From Leucoraja ocellata (lineage: Eukaryota), in contig JAWMAR010000603.1 in NCBI GenBank assembly GCA_036785375.1, positions 868,001 through 932,000 of the forward strand: a stretch of DNA of 64,000 bases. Direction: 5' to 3'. Below the pieces are notes generated by a model, which saw only the letters and a program-made list of their open reading frames with translations, did no database searches and was not told the origin of the DNA. Positions 39,721 through 53,400 of the stretch are shown here, in pieces (position 1 is the first letter of the stretch; every line of letters begins with the position of its first letter). The translations under genes and the position numbers were made by a program.

Positions 39721-40689
39721 AACCAAAACAAATTTCAATCTGTTTTCACCAGAGATAATTATTTCCTTTTTGATTTAAGATCCCAGCATAAAATTCTATC
39801 AAATTACGGGTGCCTCTTCCCTGAAGGTGCCTTCCCCTTGATCGATTATTTCCTTATCCCTGCTCTTTGCACAATATGAGAACTGAAGGTTCTAAGTAAC
39901 TTTTTCCCTATTTGGTTCTTCAATATATCGATCCAGAAAGCCATCTTGCAGAAAAGTTATGAATTTGTGGCCCCAATTACTGCTAATGTCACATATCTAA
40001 TTCAATTATAAATTCAAATCCTGATTATCCCATTGGCTCCTCTAATTTCCTGATTTATGTCAGGTCCAATATTACACCACAATGAAGGCAACTCCAAAAC
40101 TAATTTACAGAATTACATCTGGAACAAATCCTGATCAGTATTGACAACCTCGTTGCTTGCTGTGGGTTGGATGCTTCAGTGTTCGTCTTCAATAACAATC
40201 AGTGCATCTAAATGGAGTTAATTTCTCTGGAATCGATTCATCTCTTCCCAAGGCTTTGTCTCTGCACTGAAACCGTCATGAAATGTTTCTGAGGTGTGAT
40301 GACATTGTATATTAATGCAAACCTGCATGATTTCATAATCCTCAATGTCAGACTTTTAGATTGATGGTGTGTGAACTGGGGAGAGTCTATTTTTTAAAAC
40401 AGATTCATTCTTAGCAGCAGCCAAGTCCCTCTTCTCAGTGCAACCCCTCCCTGTTGCAAATGAAAATAATTCTCCTTCCTCCTGTCTGAAAAGCAATTCT
40501 TGGAAGAATAACATATATGCATATGGATTATTTCGCAGTAGAATTCAGACCAAGACAGTGCTGTTTGCCAAGAGGATAGAAGACATATTTAGAACCAAGA
40601 TCTTTATTTAAAATCATTTCTCAATGGCAGATTTATTTCAGAGTATCCAAAAACATTTTACATTTAATGAATATGAGGATGTTTCATTG

Positions 40690-41112
40690 GAAGGGCTGAG
40701 TAATAGGGCAAGCTGGGACTTTAATTCTTGAAGAGTAGGAGGATGAGGGGTGAACTTATACAAGATGTATAAGAGGGGAATAAATAGGGTGAATGCACAG
40801 ATCATTTACTTAGAAAACATGAATCAAAAACCAGGGAAATAGGTTTAAGGTGAGAGTGGAAAGATTTAATAGGAACCTAAGTGATGACTTTATCCTTCAG
40901 AGGGCAGTAAGTGTATGGAACAAACTACCAGAGGAGCTAGTTGAGGCAGGTGCTCGAACAACATTTAAAAGGCATTTAGACAGGTACATGGATAGGAATA
41001 GTTTAGAGGGCTATGGGCCACACTTGGGCAGGTGGGACTAGAATAGATGGAGCTTCTTGGTCAAGTTACATTGGCAAGTTGGGCTGAAGGACTTGTTTCC
41101 GTGCTATATGAC
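40690..41112 (+). mobile_element. CR1 3' end
   Basis: QRAVSVWNKLPEELVEAG...FKRHLDRYMDR. Confidence 0.85.
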
Positions 41113-44100
41113 TTAATATTTTTTAAACCATTGTATTACAAGAAATGTAATAGTAAATTTTGCCCAAATACAACCTGATAATGACAAGGTAGACACAAAA
41201 TGCTGGAGTAACTCAGCGGAGAACATGGATAGATGACATTTCAGGTGAAGACCCTTTTTCAGAAGTCAGAATAAAGAAGGAAGTTGGTTAACTAGAAAGT
41301 TGAAGCTGCAAAGGTTGTTCATCGCTTTAAGATGTAACAAGAAATGCACGAGTGGAGAGACGAGAAGTGGAACCTACTTGCAGTATTTGTGCGGTAATGA
41401 AGGAATGAAGACCAGCTCGAATAAGAGGTTGGAAAGGAAGAATATTCCATCTTAAACTGGATGGAGAAAGAATGCCATTATTAAGCAAGAGCTTGAGAAG
41501 GAATGTTTGTACAGAGAGTGGAGACTTGGATGAATAGCCACTGTGAACCGAGTTTAGAGGGGGAAAGGACTTTTGGTGAACAGGAGCAAAGGGGAATCTT
41601 TACCAAAAAAATCTAGTTTATTTGATTTAAATTAATCTGCTCAATTTTGTCCATTGAGTCACCTTTATTAATTGCTATAAGAGTATTTTGCATGAATGCT
41701 TTTTTGTAGCCACATAGTTAGAGAAACTATTTCTACAGTATAGAAACATGCCCTTCAACCCACCACATTTATGCCATCCATCAAGTACATATCAACACTA
41801 AATGCATTTAGTAGCACTTAGTAATGTTATTTCTATTTGAAAAACTGCTGCTAAATTAGCTGCTAAATTTGTATAAGATAATTATAAGCAGTTGAATAAG
41901 GGGTGGGAATTAATAAGCGTTGGCTTCTTCCTGCTCCTTTTCGGACACATATGATTTAATTTATTTATAAATATTGATTATGACACTTTATAAATATACT
42001 TTTTGTTTTTTTGTATGCTGTTTCACACTTGCTTTTTATTCTTTTATTCTGATCGAAATAAATAAATAAATGCATGTGATTAAACAGACATTCAATTACC
42101 ATTTATTAATGTGATTTCAGGTGTAGAGTCATTCAGTATTACAATGTTCTGCACAGATTATTACCTCCCAATGATTCAAAACCTGTAACAACTACTTTTA
42201 ATAATTATATATAAAACTATAGTAAAATTATTTTTGAGTTTGAAAATGTACCATTATCGAACTAAAACAAACCGTTCCTGTGGGAAGATGGGAGATGATT
42301 TTGTTGCAAACTAGGTTTGCTCACATTTTATTCCAAATTCAGTGTTTGCTCACATTTTTAATGTGATAGTCTTTGTTCACATTTTTTAATCTCTCTGAAG
42401 TTTGGAGTTTTCTCTTTTAATATATCTAATTTAATTTTAAAAACATTCACGTGTTGTGGGACATCCATTGAAACTGCCCATGCTTTATTTTTAGAAATTG
42501 GTCTCTGAAAGATGAATAACCATTGCAAAATTCTGCATAAATAAGAATAACCAAATGCGCAAGATAATATTTTCATTCAGCCACATCAAAGCACTGGCCT
42601 TGATAATTTCTCCTGTTTTATTTTGAGGTGATAGCTTTTGTTTCAGGAGGTGGTGGGGACTTTCCTAGAGCTGTGAGATACACAAGAGGATCTGTTGAAA
42701 ATATTTCATAAGTAGGGTTTGGTGACTATGGATTTGGTACAACATTAAGTTTGTGTCAGGAGTTTGCCAGGTTCTGCGCTGGTGGAAACTCCACACTGAA
42801 TTTGGAATAAATAAAATGTACCAAGAAAGGGTCATTTTATTCTGATAAGTTTGAGGTGTTTATATTGGCAACCAAGAACCAAATTGTTTGCTTATGATTT
42901 TAAGTGACTTGCTTCCATGTGCCACCACTGTGTTGGGCCAGGAATGTAATAATTAATGAACAGATTGTTGTGTATGAATGGTACATTACAATATGGTTTC
43001 ATTTAAAACCAATGTCTTTATGTACCTTTCATACACAATTTCTAAAGTGTTATTAAGAATCTTGGCACCGTCTGATGATTGTTGATGGTAATAAGAGTAA
43101 AACTTTTTTTGAATAAAAGTAGGGATCGGGCAAAGGAATCTGAAATTCCACCAAAACAAAACAAATTATTAAAATCAGAATCTAACAAGTGGTTGAATTG
43201 AAAACTGAAGAAATTATGTTATGTCTGAAGACCCGAACCATCACCCATTCCTTCTCTCCAGAGTTACTCCAGCATTTTGTGTCTATCTTCGAAGTTATGT
43301 TAAACTTTTGTTAAATGTTGGCCTGACTTGATTAGGCAATACAGTGGCGATAAATCTTCTGGTTTTCTTTGAAATAATTCCACAGGATCTTTCCCATCCA
43401 ACTGAGAAAGCAGATGCAGCTTTGGAGGATGAATGAGATTGCAATCGATGTTAAGTAGAAGCAGATGCAGTTCTGGTTGTTATATCAGAAATAAAAAGGA
43501 TAGGGTTAGCGCAAAGGCTGGAAGAATGTTTACAAGGTTGATTCCAGAAATGCAGAATCATATCTATCGTGAAAAGGGGTGAACAGGTGACTCTTTTGCT
43601 GCATGTAAAGTAAAGACTGAGAGATGACAGAATGCAATGTTCCAAGATTTATGAAGCGTTCTGAGAATCATTCAGTTTTAATTCTGAGCAAAAGCAACAC
43701 CAGACACATTCAAAAGAAGGTATTCACCAATAACTTAAACAGGGAATTTCAAAGAAGCTACTTTACCTTGAGATTAATGAGAACAACCAGAGGGCAGTGA
43801 GAACATAGAATATCTTTACCATGGCATAATGAAGGCAAACACATTGATAAATGCAAGAGGAAGCCAGATGATCATCTGAAGGCGCAGGAAGTGGGTGGGG
43901 ATGGTGCTGATAATAAGAGGTGAAATGGACACACGCCCAAGTGAAGCACCCGCACTAGCATGAACTGAATGGACATGATCTATTTCTGAACTATTTCTGT
44001 GCATTTTGGACAGCCCGATTGTAATCATGTAGACTTTCCACTGACTGGATACCATGCAACAAAGAGCATTTCGCTGTAGCTCAGTACACGTGACAATAAA

Positions 44101-46565
44101 CTAAACTAAACTATTCTATGTACCCTTGTCCCTGCAGACTGAAATGGTTAGTTTATATTCAGACAGCTCAGAAAAAAAATTTGACTTGACGACAGGCAAA
44201 TCTATTGTTCCTCTTCCAAAAATATAAGAAAGCACAAGGCCAGGAAATGTTGGCAGAGATGTGACTGTTATGTTAGATTGAATTGTAAATGTGTTCTAAG
44301 CCATGGTTTATCACACAGATAATTTGGAATCACCTAGTTTGCAGATACCATTGGTCTATCACTGTAGAGGAACCATTCCCACAATCTCAGTTATTTTTTT
44401 TTGTGATTAAGTTTGATGAATAAATCATTGACATTGTTGTTTATCCAAGTTTTACTGGCACAATGATGTGATTTATTTCTATTATTCCTTTATACCATTT
44501 ATTTTCAAAGTGCTCTGGCGTCCTCTGTTGGTTAGTGACAGGACTGCAAGTAAACAGGTATCCATGTTTTTGAAGTTCCACTCCAATGTGCATGTAGGTA
44601 GCAAACCCCTTAAAATGGGGGGAGCTGTCCATATCCGTTCAGTGCCAGAATCACGTTTGGTCTGTAGATGGCCTGACGACCCTGGAGCCAGTTGACTTCT
44701 GACCAGGTGGGGTATAGAATATTGGAAATGTGACCAGGATTAAGGGAAGGATTTATCTGGTTAACTACTTGTCCTCCTGTAGTCAGTACACACTGGTGAT
44801 TTGCAATGCAGTGAGTGAGAATCCAGTGACGGATACCATGAGCCATCTAATTAATGCAGATAGGAAACAGTTTTTTGGAGATTGGATCGCTGCAAGAAGC
44901 TCACCACAGACAACTACTTCTAGTCCCCGTTCTTTGCTTATTTTTAAAAGATGTATATTCTTTGACATTGGTAGGTCAGATAATCCATGTTCCTCGACAC
45001 TGCACTGCCAGACATTGACACTCTGGTGGTTTTTCCAATAGTCCATCATTTGCTACACAGCATGGTGGCCATCGTACATCCTTGATGTTGGTGGATGGTA
45101 ACAAAACAGTCGTGATTGCAGGGCCCAATCCTACTACAAAGATACAGATGGAATAACAAGGAACTACAGGTGCTAGTTTATCAAAGAAAGCCACAAAATG
45201 CCAGAGTAACTCAGCGGGTAAAGGCAGTATCTCTGGAGGAGGTGCACATGGTTGAATTGTGATTGAATGTTGACAGGAACAATGATCACGTTGTGAGTTC
45301 CACAAACTGCAATGCGACTCTTGAAACCACAACAATACCTGGTGGGGCCATAGTGGTGCCAGGAGTTTGGAGCGTGATTAGATGCGTCTCACTGATGAGA
45401 AAGTAAACCAGCCTTACATCACCTTTTCAGTGCGTGAAGTACAATCAGGGTTGGTTCCCATTCGCAGACTGCAGGACAAATTTAATTACTAATCCAACAG
45501 CCTCCTCTCCAGTGCTCTCATGTGACACTTCTAAATTGCCAATTAACTCCTTTAACTCAGTAAGGATTTTGTCAGGAATAGTTGGCTCTGGAAGCGTCGA
45601 TACAAGAGCTGAATTCCAGAGGGGAGATGACTGCCACGAACATCAGGGTAATATTTAACTGAATGGAAAAATCGTGTCTTTGCAGAACTGAACCTTAATG
45701 GCAATCCTCGACAAGACGAGAGTCATGGATAGCACCAAAGAAGTTGACTGATTAATGGTGCAATTTATCTCTGCTTCTGGGAGGTGCTGCTGGAATCTTT
45801 CAAAGCAATGGCGTAATCTAGCCATGCCCCATTTTTCACAAATGACTATTCTTCTGCCATATCAGGAAGAGGGGTGTTTGCTAATGACTGAGAACCCTCT
45901 GCAGAGTACCAGTTGCAGCTCCTCAGATATTGCAGGAGTTCTATGCCTGCGTGAAGTGGGATTTATCTGCCACTTGTGAGCACATGTAATCATTGTGCTA
46001 CACAAGTGACAGATACGTGACTTTATGTCTCCAAAAGTGTGAATATAATCGCCTTCAAAGGCATTATTATTGGTAAATCCACAGCCAACAAAATCTTCAG
46101 TGATTCATTGAATCAAATTCATTGACCAGAATTGAAACTAGAGCAACCACTTAAATCCTGTGTCTACTATAGGAGGTCAAGGGCTGTGCATCCTGCATCA
46201 CATAACTTGTCCCTTGATTCCCCAAAGCCATTTTGCCATTAATAGTACATAAGTCAGGCATCCCAGCAAGTTACTTGAAAGGACATGGTCACTCCTTCAT
46301 GATCACTGGGTCAAAGTGTTGAAAGGCCCTGTGTACCCACACCGGGAAAATCCTTTCATCACAAGCACTGACATTATCTTGAGGGCGATCAAGAATCAGT
46401 TACAAGTGCCAGCGATGCCTACTTCTCATAAGAATTTAACAAAAGTTATTAAGTTGAGATAATTGTACATTTCCCTGCTTTACGATGATTAACTTCCTGT
46501 TTTTTTTTCTTCCTTCACCCCTTCCCCATCCCCAACCTTGCACCATTTCTCTTCATTTCTCTTAG

Positions 46566-46616
46566 ACCAGGGATGATTTTCTGGGCCTGGTGGATATTCC
46601 TCTTCATCATATTCCG
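46566..46616 (+). CDS. NEDD4: NEDD4 C2 exon (51 nt): TRDDFLGLVDIPLHHIP
   Basis: Long polypyrimidine tract, cttag| ... CCG|gtacgt. Confidence 0.95.
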
Positions 46617-46704
46617 GTACGTTATAATTGCACCACAGAGACTATTTGGTATTTTAGCCCATTTTTGTATCTTTCATGTTGCTCCTTCCTTTTCGATTAA
46701 AAAG

Positions 46705-47250
46705 AATGTCCAAAGAAAAGTGCTGTCAAATACTCAGCAGGTCATGTAGCATCTGCAGAGGGAGTAACAATCACTCCTTCAGATTGGTGACCTTTCATTA
46801 GAACTGAACAAAATTACAAATGAAAGGAGCTTTACATTGCAGAGAAGCGAGTTGGGGGATTGTATGGGTTGTGGGTGTAGAGAACAGTAGTGTGATAGAT
46901 TGGAGAACATGAGATGGACACCTCGAGGCTGGAGAAAGAGGCCAGTGAAGCTGGTGAGTAACGACCATCGTGCTAGGGGAGGTAAACGCTCAGAGAGGTG
47001 AATGAAATCTGAAATGCCAGGAGACGAGAAATAGATGGAATATGAGGTCCAACATTGGAATATTCCAAAAACCTTGAACTCGATGTTGCGCCTGGAGGTG
47101 TGTAATATGCACAGGCGGTGGTGGGTTTATTTCAGGCTTACACCGAGCTTAGCTGAACAAAGTTGGAACCCAAAAACAGTGTTTCGAATGGGATAGTCAG
47201 ACAGGCACCAAGAAGCTCCGATACAGAGTGAATGAAAGTGTTTTGCAACT
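46705..47250 (-). mobile_element. Old Penelope-like 3' fragment
   Basis: pLTR-like gtgctg...tactcagcaggtc...agcatctg; minus-strand RLCILHTSRRNIEFK resembles the Penelope C-terminus. Confidence 0.45.
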
Positions 47251-47501
47251 GATTACTGCAAAATGCCATGTACTGTGATGTTAACTATTTGCTTAACTAA
47301 TCAAAAAAAAAACACAACTTGTGGTTGTAAAACACTGTTGGCAGATATTCTGCAGAAGCGTACAGGTTGGATTATATGCCTTTCTTGATTGAAGGAAAAT
47401 ATGTAGCAAGCTGTTAGGGAAATAATTAAAGGCTGGAGTGGAAAAATGTAATTGAAATATAGGCTAATGGATTGGAATTAATGGCTACTTTTTAATTGCA
47501 G

Positions 47502-47563
47502 ACGGAAAATCCGAACTTAGACAGACCATACACATTCAAGGATTTTATTCTCCATCCCAGAAG
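47502..47563 (+). CDS. NEDD4: NEDD4 exon (62 nt): TENPNLDRPYTFKDFILHPR(S)
   Basis: ttgcag| ... AG|gtaatt; RPYTFKDF motif. Confidence 0.95.
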
Positions 47564-48932
47564 GTAATTGAAACAATTCAAGTGAATGTGTATTGTGGAC
47601 TGTGGCTACGTTTGTCTTTTGGAGTTAATGTGAATGTTGTTGTTGTATTTATATTTTGATTATTTTCTACTGTGCTGCTTACAACAAGTCGACACAGACA
47701 TCTTAGTGTTCCAAGTTCAAAGGATAATTAAAAATAAGGCTTCACAGATTATTTCTACTGGATCAAACTTGCTGTGCTGAGATTCCCTTCATACTCGCAT
47801 TCTAAGTTGTTGGAAGCAGTGTATAATGGCATTAACATAGATGTTATCTCATCTTGGTTGTATATTTATCTACACAGTAAGGATGTTTCTGAATATGTGG
47901 AAAAAACAATTGTGGGACTGAACAGCACAAGAAAGACCCCACTTGGGTCATCTTCATGCTGACTGAAAAAGAGCTATGTCAGCTGAATTCACTTTCCAGC
48001 ATTTAGTCCATTGTCTTGTGGGTTTTGGCATGTCAAATGTTCGCCCATGTACTGTTTTATATTCACTGAACTGTTTTGCTACTTCTCCATTTCAGAAAGC
48101 AGTTCCAAACTCTCACCATCCTCTGCATGAAAAACATTTCAGTCGCTTCTGCTCCAAGGAAAACAGCCTCAGCTTAACCAATCTTTCATCAGAATGAAAA
48201 CTCCCAATTTCTGAACCCTCTTTCTTTTGCAGTCATATTTCCTTTGCCGTGCAGAATTGCATACAGTGTTCTTTCTGCAGCCTTGCTAGTCCTATATGTT
48301 GTTCAGGGTTCCATCTTCTCTGATATTCTCTGTATCACTCTTCCACATGCTGCCTTATTCACCTTATCGGAAGCCTTTTTAAAAAAGTATAGTGGTGCAC
48401 ATCAAAGTTCCTCGTTCTGACATGTTCCCGGTATCCAAACATTTATTGCCTTCCCCTGCTTTCTTTGCATTCTCCAAATGAATTTTGTTGCACGTTAGGC
48501 CATTGGCTGTTTTACTAACCAGTCTGCATTCCATGTCAAGCTGCCTCGCCCCATATGCACAACAATATTATGTTACCTGCACATTCCCACCTCTATTTAA
48601 ATCAAACACCTAGCACCAAACTCTGTGAAACCCCACATCAACAACTGCCCAATTACAAAGTCACCATAGCCTTTGCTATAAGCCATTGAGACAATTTTAG
48701 ATCCAGCTCACGCCCTTTCCATGGTACCAAGGGGTTTAACATCTGATTGATTTGTTATGTGGGATATGGGAAAGTTCCTTTTCAAGTCCATGTATTCCAT
48801 TTGAAGTCCAAATAGTTATCCTCCTTGATATCTCCTCAAGAAATGTCAATGAAGTTAAGTGAATTCAAGCTGATTGAGTGATTGAAAGATGGAGCATGGA
48901 AACAGGTTGTTCAGCAGACACACATTCACACT

Positions 48933-49255
48933 ATGTGGAAGAAAGAACTGCAGATGCTGGTTTAAATCGAAGGTAGACACAAAATGCTGGAGTAACTCAG
49001 TGGGTGAGGCAGCATCTCTGGAGAGAAGAAATGGATGATGTTTCGGGTCGAGACCGTCGGGAGGGGGCGGGACAAAGATAGAATGCAGTCGGAGACAGTA
49101 AGACTCGTGGGCTGTCTCCGGCTACATTCTATCTATTTCCCGCCCCCTCCCTTGACATCAGTCTGAAGAAGGGTCTCAACCCGAAACGTCACCCATTCCT
49201 TCTCTCAAGAGATGCTGCCTCACCCGCTGAGTTACTCCAGCATTTTGTGTCTACC
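48933..49255. mobile_element. Palindromic Penelope-derived insertion with 10-bp TSD CATTCACACT and hammerhead-like core at 49163-49190
   Basis: Long inverted arms around a spacer of about 13 nt; TSD at 48923-48932 and 49256-49265. Confidence 0.88.
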
Positions 49256-50529
49256 CATTCACACTTGTTCTGTTATCCCACAGTCCTTGCCAATCTGTTT
49301 TTGTATGTCAATTACTATCTCCCTAACATATATGTCTTTCTAAATAATGCTTATATTGTCTCTATTTCTTCTGAGTAATGTCCCCACCATTGGCAGGTCT
49401 GTAATTATTGGATACATTCCCTTTTTCCACTTTGGTATCAGATTTGTGGTTGTGTTTTATTTTGACACCATGACAGGGCTGAGAAAAGACTGGAAAATGA
49501 TCCTTCACTATTTCCTCCCTTAATTTCTAAGATTCAGTTTCATGTGGTGATTTATCTGCATAAAATAAAAGTCCAACAATAAGCTATTCTGATGTTTCAA
49601 CATGTGGCTCATTGGATTCTGTTTTTGTGTGCATTCCTGAAACTCTTTGGTTTCACTGTAATAATATTACACAACTGCATTTAAAAAGTATATTAAAATT
49701 TTTAAGTGAATTAATAAGAGTCACATCGAATCTGCTAGTGTGGCAGCAGTACAGTAGCTTGATTTTCAGTGTTTCACGATATCCCCATTATCAAATGTGT
49801 CAAACTCCGATTCTAAAGGCTGATATATAGGAGTTTTAATTCACTGGGATCACTGGCAGAGAGGTGTTCAGTGCTAGATCAAACTCATTGCCTGTCACAA
49901 GCATGTAGTCAAGCCAGAATGGTACAAGAATGCTAGGTGCCCCATCATCAAATGGCCATCCATCAATAGAAGGGAAAATATTATCCTTATTCGTAGTCCA
50001 CTGGAAAAATGCGTTTCAGAATTTTAAGCTGTCTAATACTAAAAAAAATAATTTGAAGTCCTCTTGCACTAAGACATTTAAATGGTCTAAAGAAAATGTC
50101 AACTTTGTAAATGGGGAGTCTTTTTATGGCCAAAAATATGTCATGTGAGATAACTAGAATTAAAATACTTTGAATGGGAAATGTGAAATCTGGCACTTTT
50201 TCTGGTAGCTTGCTCCCAACCTGAAAGATTAATTTCCTTCTGACATGTGGCCCTTGAGATGCCAGACATCCTCTTGTACCTCACTCAGCGGGCTATTTTT
50301 CATGGGGTGAGTTGCTATAGTAACTGTCAGCAAGTTGTGCCAAATACCTATGGATGTGATTTGCATGAGCTTTCAAAAGGCAGTCAGAGGAATTCCTCAA
50401 AAGGACTAAAATCAGCATCAGCTGAAATCATGGAATCCAGGATAAATTTTTGACTCGTTTGGGAAATTGGTTGACCAGCAGGAGGTGGAGAATAGCAATA
50501 ATGTAGAGTTCTCCAGCTGGTATGATGTA

Positions 50530-50625
50530 CAGTGCCCTCCATAATGTTTGGGACACAGACCCATCATTTATTTATTTGCCTCTATACTCCACAATTTGAG
50601 ATTTGTAATAGAAATAGTGGTTAAT
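50530..50625 (+). mobile_element. Tc1/mariner terminal inverted repeat fragment
   Basis: TA|CAGTGccctccataatgtttggg... Confidence 0.7.
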
Positions 50626-51151
50626 GTTTATAATACTGCCCAACAAGATTTTCTACAACTGTGCAAGTACAGAACCATCAGGATTATAATTTGCGACCAT
50701 GTATACTTTTATTACCACATATTTTATTTTTCACTTGAATTTTTATTGATTTTTCACAGAGAAATATACAAAACACCATCACCATAAATAAAACAAAATA
50801 AGAAAAACACCAATAATTTTTTTTTTTTAAATAGATAGGGGAAAAAAGAAGTAAATATATTTTTAAAATGGAATAAGACCGTGTGGTTCACACCAAATAA
50901 AAAAAAACGTTCCATTGATTAGTTATCTGGAGATATTTCAATATTCACACAAACACACCATCTAGTTCTATATAACACAATCTTCCCATATCTAGCTCGG
51001 CATTTGTCTAGTTGGTGTCATGGCTCAAATAAACGGTCCATTTTTCCCAGATTTCCAAACATTTAATTAATCATTAGACTGGGGGTTTGTGGAGAAATAC
51101 AGGTTGTTATCATCTTGCATTGCATTTAATTGGCACTTATGTGTTCCATAG

Positions 51152-51254
51152 TCATAAATCCAGGGTTAAAGGCCATCTTCGATTAAAGATGACCTATTTG
51201 CCTAAAAGTAATGCCTCTGAAGATGATGCTACAGAGCCAAGTGATGATTTGGAG
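51152..51254 (+). CDS. NEDD4: NEDD4 exon (103 nt), end of C2: HKSRVKGHLRLKMTYLPKSNASEDDATEPSDDLE
   Basis: ttccatag| ... GAG|gtaagt; KMTYLPK is NEDD4-1 type. Confidence 0.95.
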
Positions 51255-51377
51255 GTAAGTGTAATGAATTGTCTTATTGTTTGATGTTTATGGTTGTTGG
51301 ATAGATTCTTTTTTGGTAGTGAGTTTGATAAAAACCAATACATGGTTATAAAGGTTTAAGAAGGGGGAGAAAAAAAA

Positions 51378-51565
51378 AGGAAGGAGCTGCAGATGCTGGA
51401 AAAATCAAAGGTAGACAAAAATGCTGGAGAAACTCAGAGGGTGAGGCAGCATCTATGGAGCGAAGGAATAGGTGACGTTTCAGTCTCGTGCTTACCACGA
51501 GTTTGATTTTTTTTTTAAACTCGGGAGAGCACTTGAATGAACTCATACAGTGGGACAGAGCTTTA
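51378..51565 (-). mobile_element. Penelope pLTR fragment joined to the right end of a Harbinger MITE
   Basis: gcagatgctgg...ggtgacgtttc, then taccacgagtttgattttttt...gtgggacag, similar to 31680-31736. Confidence 0.65.
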
Positions 51566-51768
51566 AAATTCAATTCATTATAAATTCTAGAATAGATTTC
51601 ATTTTTTTGTTGATCTTTCAAAACATTAATGATTTATCCAAAATGATTTTGCAAATTTCTAAAACCTTCAATTGAGTAGCAGAAATACTTGGGATTCTGA
51701 AACAGAAACAATGTAGAAATCTGGATTCCAGGGAGTTTTCTTATGCTTAAATGTTGCTGCTTCTTTAG

Positions 51769-51926
51769 CCAGGCTGGGAAATTCTGGACCAACAGGACAT
51801 GGCTGCCCACAGTCACCCGCCCCCTGCGTTACCTAGTGGCTGGGAAGAGAAGCAGGATAATCTGGGGAGAACTTATTTCGTCAATCACGAAACTAGAACA
51901 ACCCAATGGATTCGACCGAGTTCTCA
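51769..51926 (+). CDS. NEDD4: NEDD4 WW1 exon (158 nt): [52 protein letters not shown](Q)
   Basis: ttctttag| ... CA|gtaagt; WW consensus LPxGWEE...GRxYFVNH...TQWxRP. Confidence 0.95.
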
Positions 51927-53174
51927 GTAAGTCTCAAATATTTTTATTTCATGTTTTAAATGAGATAAGTATAAAGGATGGAATATAGAGAAGAAAAACA
52001 GTCTCAAAATAACCTGATAAATAGCCAATCTCTGTAGTTCTTCGGTATTGCAACCTTCATTTGCAAGGAGTGAATCACCTCTAAAATACAACTTGCCTGG
52101 AAAGTAATTGTTTTAGAACTAGGTGATGGATGTGAATCATTATGAGTTAGGCACATTCCCTTTCTTTTTTGTTTAGCTTTACCTTTTTTGGATTCTTTAC
52201 TTATTTCTTTTCTTAAGGCCCTCGTCTCTTTGGGGCCTTTTTTTCTTCTTTTTTTTCACGTTTTCAAGCACGCAGTTTACTTAACTATTACCATCATTCA
52301 TTTAACGCCAGTTACTGCGGACTACACTTCACTACTATCCTCACTCTGCTTTCTGTCTCTATATAGGTTAAAGTTTAAAAAAAAAAGAAGCTGTACACAA
52401 AATGTAGTATGTTGCATATCATGATTAAGATGCGTCTAGTAATAAATACATAAATATGAAGATAACAACTTGCACAGATGGTCGCAGTTGTGGAAATGTA
52501 ACAACTGCCAGTAAATGCACTGAGGATAACTGGCTCAGGCTACAGATGGTTACAGCCTTGCAACTTGGCAGCAAGCAAAGGCTACTGGCCAAGTGGTGAA
52601 AGAAGGGATTAATATGGATGGGTTCCCAATAGTCAATGAGGACCTAGTGGGTTAAATAGCCTGTTTTCATACTCTAAAGCCATATATATTTCCATTGGCA
52701 TAAACTTATTGTTTATTTACTTAATACTTTTATCAACATCTAAGGATTCACCTTTAAGTTCCCTTTTCACAATGCCAAATTTCATGTCATCCATTCAAAA
52801 GGTCTGAGAGCTTGTGTTGATGTAATGCCTCCAGCCACGTGTTGATGTAATGTGTACACTTTCCCTGTGGCTGTGTGAATTTCCTCCAGGAGCTCCAGTT
52901 TCTTCGCACGTTGCAAAGACTGCTTTATAATGCCACTCGTAGGGGTGGACCAGTGGGAGAATTTGTAGTAGACATTGGGCAAGTGAGGCTGTCTGCATTG
53001 TGGGGAAGTGGACTGAGATTGCTCTGATGCCCAGCATAGACTCAATAGCCCGTGTGGCCTTTATTGCAAGGAAAATATGAACAATCTATCTTCCCACTCC
53101 CCTGGAAATTTATTTTGTGGTTTCATATTTAACCAATATATTGAGTGAGACCAACATTTTCAATTTGCATCTTA

Positions 53175-53400
53175 AGCCCCTGTCCCACTTAGGAAACCTG
53201 AATGGAAACCTCTGGAGACTTTGCGCCCCACCCAAGGTTTCTGTGTGGTTCCCAGAGGTTTTCGTCAGTGTCCCTACCTGCTTCCACTACCTGCAACCTC
53301 CGTCAACCACCTGCAACCTCCGGGAACCGTACGGAAACCTTGGGTGGGGCGCAAAGTCTCCAGAGGTTTCCGTTCAGGTTTCCTAAGTGGGACAGGGGCA
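53175..53400. mobile_element. PIF/Harbinger-type MITE with near-perfect TIRs of about 70 bp
   Basis: gcccctgtcccacttaggaaacctgaa... / ...ttcaggtttcctaagtgggacaggggc; TTA TSD at 53172-53174 and 53401-53403. Confidence 0.85.

Noticed and set aside
40490-40510. STAT5-like TTCTTGGAA and other isolated TF motifs (e.g. CACGTG near 36762)
   Set aside because: Short motifs expected by chance in 64 kb; no conservation data
835-50625. Two Tc1 TIRs as the ends of one large element
   Set aside because: They face outward (right end at 968, left end at 50530), so they are independent fragments
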